Shown: piece by piece, positions 1 through 7,413 of the stretch | Layout: the number at the start of each line of letters is the position of its first letter | How positions within the stretch are numbered: the first letter of the stretch is position 1 | Sequence record: SRR2962707_445 | Length of the DNA stretch: 36,819 nt | Strand: one strand, 5' to 3' | Program-made: the position numbers and the translations under genes | The notes under the pieces: generated by a model | Databases searched by the model: none | What the model saw: only the letters and a program-made list of their open reading frames with translations | Told to the model about the DNA's origin: nothing

Positions 1-126
1 AAGTTACACGCTCAGCAGAGCGGAATAAAGCTCAGGAATACAAATCGTTTGAATGGAAGGTACAAACATTGCCAACAGGACAGGCACCTTTAAATCCCTT
101 TAATGTCGGTGCCTGAGGCGTTTTTT
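1..126 (+). ncRNA. Candidate 3' end of a CsrB/RsmY-type (CsrA-titrating) sRNA, truncated by the window edge
   Basis: Four GGA motifs in 80 nt, three in hairpin loops: GAGC-ggaataaa-GCTC (18-33), GTTTG-aatggaaggta-CAAAC (47-67), TGCC-aacaggaca-GGCA (70-86). Followed by a CAGGCACC/GGTGCCTG stem and a T-run. Confidence 0.45.
81..126 (+). terminator. Intrinsic terminator-like hairpin
   Basis: CAGGCACC (81-88) pairs with GGTGCCTG (108-115); TTTTTT at 121-126; lies just beyond the convergent msrA stop. Confidence 0.55.
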
Positions 127-140
127 ATTAAGCTTGGCTT

Positions 141-767
141 TTAGTGGTAAGCCTTGCTAGCGACGTCGCCCCAGAGGCTTTCTATTTTGTTATCGCGGCC
201 ACAGCTGCTGCGGTAGAAGCGGTAGCGGTATGAGTTCTTTTTGTAATAATCCTGATGGTAATCTTCCGCTAAGTAGAAGGTTTTGGCAGGTAGGATTTCG
301 GTGACTATTTTGGCGCTAAAGGGTTTGTTTGCTTCTACTTTTGCTAATGAAGCATCGAAAACGGCTTTTTGTTTTTCGTTTTGATAAAACATGGCCGTTT
401 TGTAGGGAGCGCCTTTGTCACAAAATTGACCGTTAGGATCGGTTGGGTCGATGGTTTTCCAATAGTAGTCTGAGAGGGTGGCAAGGGAGACTTGAGTGTC
501 GTCGTATTTGATTATAACGGCTTCAAAATGGCCTGTGTGTTTGCCTGATACTTGGCTGTAGGTTGGGTTTTTGGTGTGGCCGCCAATGTAGCCGGACTCT
601 ACGTCTAATACGCCAGGCACTTTTTCATAGTCGGATTCGACACACCAAAAACACCCACCGGCTACTATCATGGTTTGCGTGTCTGCTTGGGCGGCGGTCA
701 TGTAAAAAGAAGCGCTGGCGAGAATCCCAAGCCCGATGGTTGTTTTAAGTCGTTTGGTTATGAACAT
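141..767 (-). CDS. msrA: Peptide-methionine (S)-S-oxide reductase MsrA with N-terminal signal peptide
   Basis: GGCFWC active site, GY.GG, GH.EAV, GQFCD.G, AEDYHQDYY motifs; basic/hydrophobic N-terminus ending AQA. Confidence 0.95.
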   Translation of the reverse strand: MFITKRLKTTIGLGILASASFYMTAAQADTQTMIVAGGCFWCVESDYEKVPGVLDVESGYIGGHTKNPTYSQVSGKHTGHFEAVIIKYDDTQVSLATLSDYYWKTIDPTDPNGQFCDKGAPYKTAMFYQNEKQKAVFDASLAKVEANKPFSAKIVTEILPAKTFYLAEDYHQDYYKKNSYRYRFYRSSCGRDNKIESLWGDVASKAYH

Positions 768-1106
768 AATAGGGGCCTTTTCGTTTTAAGGTGATTGTCT
801 CTTTTGCGTTCATAGTTTGACGTAGCAGACAGCCAATTTATTACACACAGCGCCAAGAAAAAGCGCGTCTCAAGATTCTCTAATTTAATTAGTAAGTGAT
901 TCAATCTTTACGCTGTGTTAAGTCCATGAGCCGCACGATATCATGGCGCTCTTGGTTACGAACATCAGAGGTCGTTAGCCATACTGTTTGAATGTTTATC
1001 ATGTTGTGATGTCTCGCCATTTTCCTTTCAAACAAAACCTTCATGCACGCCTCTTTCTAGTCTTTAGCGCACCGTGCCTAGCCATAATATACGTCAGGAG
1101 TTATTC

Positions 1107-1499
1107 ATGAACATTCGATTTGACCATCTTTCATTAAGCGCTAAACAGCCAGAAGTGATGAGAGACTTTTTGGTTGAGTTGCTGGATTTGCACGTCGGTG
1201 ATCGTCCTGGTCTGAATTTTAATGGCTATTTTTTATTTGCGGGCGACAAAGACGTTATTCATATCTTTGGTCAGTCAATGAGTCGTGGTAAAGAGGCGGC
1301 TCACGCATTTCATCGCGAACAAAACGTAGTGCATCATGTGTGTTTTTTCAGTGATGACTACTCTGAAACCATGGCGCGTATTGATCGTATGGGGCTGGAT
1401 TATTCTATTTCGTCTGTCCCTAACTCTCCTGTTAAGCAGATTTTTGTACGTGCTCCTGAAAACCTTATTCTTGAAATAAAAGGCATTCCTACTCTATGA
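1107..1499 (+). CDS. VOC (glyoxalase/bleomycin resistance/dioxygenase) family protein
   Basis: FDHLSL...IHIF...HHVCF...QIFVRAPENLILEI pattern. AGGAG SD precedes ATG 1107, preferred over GTG 1074. Confidence 0.8.
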   Translation: MNIRFDHLSLSAKQPEVMRDFLVELLDLHVGDRPGLNFNGYFLFAGDKDVIHIFGQSMSRGKEAAHAFHREQNVVHHVCFFSDDYSETMARIDRMGLDYSISSVPNSPVKQIFVRAPENLILEIKGIPTL

Positions 1500-2269
1500 A
1501 CCATACCCACCAAGAACGTTTTTTTGTCGCGGCTTATGAATCAGGCCGTACTTCTCACCGCTTGCCTCTTTGGGGGAGTGTGCATGAGAATCCTTTGGGC
1601 TTGTCGGATCAGCCAAGCAGTAATATTGAACGCCATGACATAGCAGGCGTTCCCGGTGCGTTTCAATTATTAAATGTACTTAGCCAAGAAGAGTGCTTGT
1701 CTTTTATTCAGGCAACAGAAGCCATGGGTTACACAGAAGACGCCGCTGTGTCTCTTGGTCGCAATGTTCGCCATAACATGAACCTTAATTGGGTGGTTGA
1801 TGATGCCACAGAGCGAAAAATCTGGGGGCGAATCGGCTCGTTTTTTGCCAGTGAAGCGTCTCAATTACGCAAAGCGGCATTGGGGCTTAATCAGCGCTGT
1901 CGTTTTTACCGTTATCAGGCGGGGGATTTTTTTAGTACGCATACGGATGGGGCTTGGCCTGGCAGTAAAATCATCAATGGTCGACCTGAGGTAGACGCTT
2001 TTGGGGATCGTTACAGTTTATACACGTGTTTGATCTTTTTAAGTGAAGACTTTGAGGGCGGAGAAACGCAGTTTCTAGTAGACCAAATGAACCCAGATAG
2101 ACCAGCGAGAAAAGTAAAAGACGCTCAAGCGGTCAATGTTCGTACGCCAGCAGGCGGTCTATTGCTCTTCCCTCATGGGAGCCATCCGTTGCATTGTTTG
2201 CATGGCTCAGAGCTTATCACGCAAGGTGTAAAATACATTGTTCGCAGCGATGTGTTGTTTGAACTGTAA
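1496..2269 (+). CDS. Fe(II)/2-oxoglutarate-dependent oxygenase (prolyl 4-hydroxylase-like)
   Basis: RFYRY..G.FF..HTDG (HxD), L..DFEGGET.F, distal H (LHGS), KYIVRSD; ATGA overlap with the VOC gene. Confidence 0.85.
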   Translation: MNHTHQERFFVAAYESGRTSHRLPLWGSVHENPLGLSDQPSSNIERHDIAGVPGAFQLLNVLSQEECLSFIQATEAMGYTEDAAVSLGRNVRHNMNLNWVVDDATERKIWGRIGSFFASEASQLRKAALGLNQRCRFYRYQAGDFFSTHTDGAWPGSKIINGRPEVDAFGDRYSLYTCLIFLSEDFEGGETQFLVDQMNPDRPARKVKDAQAVNVRTPAGGLLLFPHGSHPLHCLHGSELITQGVKYIVRSDVLFEL

Positions 2270-2461
2270 GAGAAAGGTAGGGCGCAATGGGCTTCTAGTA
2301 CTCTGCTGTAAAGCATTGATAATCTAGGCTGGCTGGTGTTTTTATGGTGTCTTTTCTGGCATTTTTCTTAGTGAATGTGTGCCCTAATCCTGAAAATGAA
2401 ACTATTTTTGAATCAATGGGTTAGAATACTTCGTAAGACAAAGTCAGATTAGGAGAAGGGT

Positions 2462-3061
2462 GTGGCACGAGGAAGACCCAGCAAAAAAGGCGTGATTATT
2501 GAGGCGGCGGCAGAGCTGTTCACATTGAAGGGCTACCAAGGCACGAGCATTGACCAAGTTGTCATCACGGCGGCAGTGTCAAAACCCACGGTATACAGCA
2601 ACTTTCCGACTAAACTGGTGCTCTGGGAATCGGTGCTTGAGTCCTTGATTGAGCAGGCCGATGTTGAAATGAAGGAGACGTTAGTGACGCAGAAAACCTT
2701 TGCTCAAGCGTATCTTGAGCAGGGCGCCCTAGACCATAGCGGGATTATTGCGGGTTGGATTGCCCTGTGGAAGGCTTGGTCAAATAGTGCTAAACGCTTG
2801 GCGGTGTATCGTATTTTATTGGGTGAACAGCATAAAATGGCCGCGACGACGGTGGCGCTTTTTGCTCAGTTTGAAGCGGTATTGGAGCGTGTGTTGTTGG
2901 CTTGGTTAGACGCCTATAAAGTGCCTACTGAAAACTTTTTTGTGCTCAAAGCGGTCAGTAAAGAAGCGCTGTTAACACCAAGTTTGTTAAATCAAACGGC
3001 TTTACCTGTCGATGTGCTAGAGCGTCAATTAAGCCTGATTATCCATAAAAAAGCCGAGTAG
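2462..3061 (+). CDS. TetR/AcrR family transcriptional regulator
   Basis: N-terminal HTH AAAELFTLKGYQGTSIDQV...VSKPTVYSNFPTK; AGGAG SD before GTG. Confidence 0.9.
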   Translation: MARGRPSKKGVIIEAAAELFTLKGYQGTSIDQVVITAAVSKPTVYSNFPTKLVLWESVLESLIEQADVEMKETLVTQKTFAQAYLEQGALDHSGIIAGWIALWKAWSNSAKRLAVYRILLGEQHKMAATTVALFAQFEAVLERVLLAWLDAYKVPTENFFVLKAVSKEALLTPSLLNQTALPVDVLERQLSLIIHKKAE

Positions 3062-3102
3062 CTATCCATAAAAAAGCTATGGGTCTCACCATTACTCGGC
3101 TT
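3051..3102. terminator. Probable bidirectional terminator between tetR and the MFS gene, interrupted by a short duplication
   Basis: AAGCCGAGTA (3051-3060) / TACTCGGCTT (3093-3102) plus inner ATGG/CCAT; lies between convergent genes. Confidence 0.5.
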
Positions 3103-3129
3103 ATTGCTCAGAGCGGTACTGGCTTAAGA

Positions 3130-4377
3130 TTAGATTGAGCCAGCTTCAACCGCAGTGTCTTCGTCTTCTTCTATTCTGCCTTTTTCGGCCCAATACATGA
3201 TGCCCAGTGCGATGCCGCCAAACAGGGTAAAACCACTGGCGATGGGGATGAGTGTGTTGTCGTACATTTGCCCAATAATGGTGCCGATGAGCATCGACAT
3301 AATCGACGAAACCGACCCGATCACCGCAGAGGCAATGCCCGCAACATGACCCATTGGCTCCATGGCTAAGGCGTTAATATTGCCAAACAGTAAGCCAAAG
3401 CAGAAGAAAAACACCGCAGCATAGAGTAAAAACATCCATAGGGTGATGGTGACAAAGGCGTGCAAGGTTAAAAAGATAGCCGACGCGATGACCACGCTGT
3501 AAATGCCACGAAACGCGATGTGTTTGGCGCCATGCTTTTCGACGATGCGCGAGTTAATCAAGGACGAAATGCCCAGCACAACCGCCAATAAGCCAAAGTA
3601 GAGAGAAAACAAGGTGCCGGTTTTAAACTGCACTTGAAAAATCTGTTGAGCGGAATTTAAATAGCCGATAAAACTGCCAAAAAAGAGCCCCATGCAGACG
3701 GTGTAACTGGCGGTAATACGGTTGGTCAGTACTTCTTTAAAGCCTTCATAAAAGCCTTTTCTCGTGAAGGGGATTCTGTTTTCTTTGGGTAGGGTTTCTT
3801 TTAAGCGAAATAGAATCCAAGCGATTAAAATAACCGCATACACCAAGTACATTTCAAAAATGCCACGCCAATCATCAAGCAGCAGAATGGCTTGTCCTAG
3901 GGTCGGAGCAATGGCGGGGACCAGCATAAAGATCATCATCACCAATGACATAATTCGCGCCATTTGCGAGCCGTGATACAAATCTCGAACGAGAGAAATG
4001 GCGGAAATATAAGGTCCAGCCACGCCTAATCCCTGAATAAAACGTCCAATCATCAAGGTTTCTAAGTCGTTGGCTTGGTAGCAAATAACCGTGCCCACCA
4101 AGTAAAGAGCAAAGCCGCCAAACAGCACAGGGCGACGTCCTAGAGAGTCTGACAAGGGCCCGCAAATCAGTTGACCAATGGCCATGCCTAAAAACAGCAT
4201 ACTAATCAGTAGTTGTGGCTGATTGGCCGAGGTGGCGTTTAGGTCCTTTCCTATAATGCCAAGCGCTGGCAATAGTGCGTCGATTGAAATAGCGACAATA
4301 GACATTAGTAGAGCGACAAGAATGGTAAACTCTTTTGATGACATGCCTGACGCCGCACTGTTTTGATGATTTTCCAT
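3130..4377 (-). CDS. Bcr/CflA-family MFS drug/H+ antiporter
   Basis: SIDALLPAL, GPLSDSLGRRPV (motif A), GRFIQGLG, RDLY.G..MAR.MS, P..AP.LG; about 12 hydrophobic segments. Confidence 0.9.
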   Translation of the reverse strand: MENHQNSAASGMSSKEFTILVALLMSIVAISIDALLPALGIIGKDLNATSANQPQLLISMLFLGMAIGQLICGPLSDSLGRRPVLFGGFALYLVGTVICYQANDLETLMIGRFIQGLGVAGPYISAISLVRDLYHGSQMARIMSLVMMIFMLVPAIAPTLGQAILLLDDWRGIFEMYLVYAVILIAWILFRLKETLPKENRIPFTRKGFYEGFKEVLTNRITASYTVCMGLFFGSFIGYLNSAQQIFQVQFKTGTLFSLYFGLLAVVLGISSLINSRIVEKHGAKHIAFRGIYSVVIASAIFLTLHAFVTITLWMFLLYAAVFFFCFGLLFGNINALAMEPMGHVAGIASAVIGSVSSIMSMLIGTIIGQMYDNTLIPIASGFTLFGGIALGIMYWAEKGRIEEDEDTAVEAGSI

Positions 4378-4626
4378 AATGTATCCAAGTAGATGGCCAT
4401 AAAGAGATTCCGCGAGAAAGCGGGCGCGATATTATAACCTAATATTACGCTCAGGCAGGAGCTTGTTATTAGGCATCGTAGGATTAAATGGGCTTGGGGT
4501 ATTTTAGTGGTGCGCTCGGGATTTTCATGAAGTAATCTAATACTTAATAGATAGGGGCTGTTATGCCGCTTCTATTGAGGAAAGTATCAAGAGCAAACTC
4601 TCCATGTCGTATAAAAGGGAGGATTT

Positions 4627-5130
4627 ATGTCTCACAGCGAAGAAGAAAAAATCGCCTTAGAGCATCAAGCGGCCAAGTTGTTTATGCGTTGGTATGAGCG
4701 CAATACCGGCAAAAGAATTCGTCATATTTGGCATAATAATCCCATTCGTCCCGACGTGTCTTGTCTGTTAGAGGGAGAGCCTTTGGATCTGGAAATTGCG
4801 CATTTGTACGGCGATGAGCCAGAAGCCATGGCCATTTTAGGACGCGATTTGACCGACAAAACCCGTGCAGCGCTTCATAAGCTTGAAAGCGAACCCGCAG
4901 ACAGTCGGCTGTTACAAGCACTGAATCGAATTCTAGAAAATAAGTCCGGTAAAAAATACAAATCAAAACGGGTGTGGTTGGTGATCCGCAATGCGCATCC
5001 GGCGTGGAGCAAAGAAGGGATTAAGGCGTTAGAGCACTTGATTACCATGCCTGAGCCCCATGCCTTTGAGAAAGTCTGGATAGTGGGGGACATGGCGGGT
5101 GAAACCGGCATAGTGCGGCTCTACCCTTAA
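4627..5130 (+). CDS. Hypothetical protein, possible PD-(D/E)XK nuclease-like fold
   Basis: Strong GGGAGG SD; helix-E(12)...RPD(41-43)...DLEIA pattern followed by helices and a VWLVI strand. Confidence 0.6.
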   Translation: MSHSEEEKIALEHQAAKLFMRWYERNTGKRIRHIWHNNPIRPDVSCLLEGEPLDLEIAHLYGDEPEAMAILGRDLTDKTRAALHKLESEPADSRLLQALNRILENKSGKKYKSKRVWLVIRNAHPAWSKEGIKALEHLITMPEPHAFEKVWIVGDMAGETGIVRLYP

Positions 5131-5181
5131 CGTTTGAGAGTGGCTTTATTTAGCGGCTTTCAAGAGAAATACAATAGGCTC

Positions 5182-5223
5182 AAAAGAAATAAGACGTCAT
5201 CAATCTGCGCGGTCGATGACGCC
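5182..5223 (-). terminator. Intrinsic terminator downstream of the 34-aa sORF and hemG
   Basis: Minus strand reads GGCGTCATCGA-ccgcgcaga-TTGATGACGTC then TTATTTCTTTT. Confidence 0.6.
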
Positions 5224-5234
5224 TAGCATGACGG

Positions 5235-5339
5235 TTACTTTTTATTTTTGTTCTTTTTTATCTGCAGCACGGCAATCGTTAAAGCAAGGCCAAGACAAAG
5301 CAGAACAAAAATAGCAAAAGAAAGAGGCGCGTAGTTCAT
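5235..5339 (-). CDS. Small single-pass membrane protein, 34 aa (MNYAPLSFAIFVLLCLGLALTIAVLQIKKNKNKK)
   Basis: Hand-translated. ATG at 5339 with TAGGA SD about 9 nt upstream; extended -10 TGCTACAAT at 5376-5368; ~20-aa hydrophobic segment then Lys-rich tail; terminator directly downstream. Confidence 0.65.
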   Translation of the reverse strand: MNYAPLSFAIFVLLCLGLALTIAVLQIKKNKNKK

Positions 5340-5367
5340 GGTAAAGGGTCCTATTTGAGATCTTGCT

Positions 5368-5376
5368 ATTGTAGCA
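5368..5376 (-). promoter_or_regulatory. Extended -10 element (TGnTACAAT) for the 34-aa sORF
   Basis: Minus strand TGCTACAAT about 30 nt upstream of ATG 5339. Confidence 0.45.
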
Positions 5377-5396
5377 GAAGGCGTCGCTGTGGAAAA

Positions 5397-5933
5397 TTAT
5401 AGCTGATGAATGCGTTGCGCAAAGGCGTCTACCGACGGCCAATCTGTGTAATCGATTGAGCTATCAAGTGCGGTGGGTCCCTTCGTCATCCACATGATGA
5501 TACGAATCATTTGTCGATCAAAAAAACGGTATTTTTGATAATCTACTTTCCCCGCAAAAACCCCTTTTAGCTGAGGTTGCCAATCACACTGAGTGAGTAA
5601 TTTCTGCAGGTAAGGATTGCTGTCTGGGGTGTTCTTTTCGGCTTTTCGAGCCACCAAATTGACGCTGAAAAAAGCGCTGGGTTTGTCGTTTAATAAGCGT
5701 TTATATTGACGAATAAACTGTTCGACATTGGGCCTGTGTTTGCCGTAGCGAATACTGGCCCCTAGGATGATTTTGTCAAATTGCAGTGGATTTGGGAGAG
5801 CTGCGTCATCAAGGGAATGCAAGGTAATGGCGTAGTTCGCGTTGAGTTGCTCAGCAAGTCGCAAGCAAATGGCATGCGTGTGCCCATCGACACTGGAATA
5901 CAGCATCAATATTTTGCCCACAGAATGGCTCAT
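5397..5933 (-). CDS. hemG: Menaquinone-dependent protoporphyrinogen IX dehydrogenase (flavodoxin fold)
   Basis: LYSSVDGHT..I, GASIRYG, SAFFSVNLVARK.EK.TP..NPY, FAG...Y.KY.FFDR.MI..IM.MT.G, YTDW. Confidence 0.93.
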   Translation of the reverse strand: MSHSVGKILMLYSSVDGHTHAICLRLAEQLNANYAITLHSLDDAALPNPLQFDKIILGASIRYGKHRPNVEQFIRQYKRLLNDKPSAFFSVNLVARKAEKNTPDSNPYLQKLLTQCDWQPQLKGVFAGKVDYQKYRFFDRQMIRIIMWMTKGPTALDSSIDYTDWPSVDAFAQRIHQL

Positions 5934-5936
5934 GAC

Positions 5937-6080
5937 CTAGCTTCCTCGCTCATCTTTTCCTTTTATTCTTAGCTGTTCTGCTTTGTATTTTTTGAGGATG
6001 ACGAGTCCTGCAATAACCGCAAGGCCAACAAAAAAAATAGCGAAGCCGCCTAGGGCGATGGTAACGAGTGGGCTGGTCAT
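5937..6080 (-). CDS. Small single-pass membrane protein, 47 aa (MTSPLVTIALGGFAIFFVGLAVIAGLVILKKYKAEQLRIKGKDERGS)
   Basis: Hand-translated. ATG 6080 with AAGGGA SD; fills the guaD-hemG gap; stop 3 nt before the hemG ATG; ~25-aa hydrophobic helix then basic tail. Confidence 0.75.
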   Translation of the reverse strand: MTSPLVTIALGGFAIFFVGLAVIAGLVILKKYKAEQLRIKGKDERGS

Positions 6081-6101
6081 TGTCTGTTTCCCTTTTTTGG
6101 A

Positions 6102-7403
6102 TCAGCGCTGGTGAACACACTGTCCTGCTGAATACGTTGCTTTAATCGCTCGGTCGTCGCCTAAGGTCATAAAGACAAAGAGGCTTTCTTCGATGCTTTT
6201 CGAAAGGGCTAAGCGAGAAGAAATAAGCGGAGTGGCTTTCTTGTCCAGAATGACAAAGTCCGCCTCGGTGCCCACCATAAGGTTACCAATTTTCTCTTCT
6301 AAACGTAATGCTTTTGCACCACCTAGGGTCGCAAGATACAGCGATTTGATAGGGCTTAGGTTTTCATTTTGCAACTGAATGACCTTGTAGGCTTCATTCA
6401 ATGTTTGCAGCATTGAGAAGCTGGTGCCGCCGCCCACATCGGTTCCCATACCAACATGGATGTTATGTTCTTCTGCTTTGCCAAGTTTGAATAAGCCACT
6501 GCCAATGAAAAGGTTAGAGGTTGGGCAAAAAGCAATCGCTGAGCCGGTTTCGTGCAGGCGATGATATTCGCTGTCACACAAGTGAATACCATGGGCAAAG
6601 ACTGAGCGTTCACTGAGTAATTGGTGGTGATCGTATACGTCTAAATAGTGTTTACTCTCAGGAAACAAATCCTGAACCCAAGCGCACTCGTCTTTGTTTT
6701 CTGACAGGTGAGTGTGCATGTAAACATCGTCGTATTCGTTGAGTAGTTGGCCAGCAAGCGATAGCTGCTCGTCTGAGCTGGTTGGCGCGAAACGAGGCGT
6801 GATCGCATAGTGCAAACGGCCTTTGTTGTGCCAAGCCTCGATCAATTCTTTGCTTTCTTGGTAGCTGGTTTCTGGGGTGTCGGTTAAATACTCTGGCGCA
6901 TTGCGGTCCATCATGACTTTGCCACAAATCATGCGTAGGTTATGAACTTCGCTGGCTTCAAAAAACGCCTCCACAGAGACTTTATGTACAGTGCCAAATA
7001 CCAAGGCGGTGGTGGTGCCGTTACGCAATAATTCTTGCAAAAAGCGATCTGCGACGTCGCGGGCATGGGCTTTGTCGTGGAATTTGCCTTCTTCTGGAAA
7101 GGTGTAAGTGTTTAGCCAAGTGAGCAATTGTTCGCCGTAAGAGCCGATCATGTCGGTTTGCGGATAATGAATGTGCGTGTCGATAAATCCTGGGGTAATC
7201 AAACCCTCTGGATGATGTTCTATCAGAGTGTCTGCAGGCAAGGTCGCTAAGAGGTCTTTGGCGTGACCAATGGCGCTGATTTTATCGTTGTCGACAATCA
7301 GCAAGCCGTCTTCAAAATATTCATAGGCGTGTTCTACACCGACGTCTTTAGGGTCCGCAATACAATGTATGATGGCGGCACGCCAGGCTTTTAGTTGACT
7401 CAT
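6102..7403 (-). CDS. guaD: Guanine deaminase
   Basis: PGFIDTHIHYPQ, YAITPRFAPTS, HTHLSEN, HGIHL, CPTSNLF.GSG, GTDVGGG amidohydrolase motifs. Confidence 0.95.
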   Translation of the reverse strand: MSQLKAWRAAIIHCIADPKDVGVEHAYEYFEDGLLIVDNDKISAIGHAKDLLATLPADTLIEHHPEGLITPGFIDTHIHYPQTDMIGSYGEQLLTWLNTYTFPEEGKFHDKAHARDVADRFLQELLRNGTTTALVFGTVHKVSVEAFFEASEVHNLRMICGKVMMDRNAPEYLTDTPETSYQESKELIEAWHNKGRLHYAITPRFAPTSSDEQLSLAGQLLNEYDDVYMHTHLSENKDECAWVQDLFPESKHYLDVYDHHQLLSERSVFAHGIHLCDSEYHRLHETGSAIAFCPTSNLFIGSGLFKLGKAEEHNIHVGMGTDVGGGTSFSMLQTLNEAYKVIQLQNENLSPIKSLYLATLGGAKALRLEEKIGNLMVGTEADFVILDKKATPLISSRLALSKSIEESLFVFMTLGDDRAIKATYSAGQCVHQR

Positions 7404-7413
7404 GGTGTCTCTC

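Noticed and set aside
926-991. 21-aa ORF MSRTISWRSWLRTSEVVSHTV upstream of the VOC gene
   Set aside because: No SD and no attenuator structure; likely chance.
5242-5442. 66-aa minus-strand ORF from the track
   Set aside because: Overlaps hemG and has no SD. The alternative-frame 34-aa ORF (5339-5235) has an SD, a promoter element and TM character.
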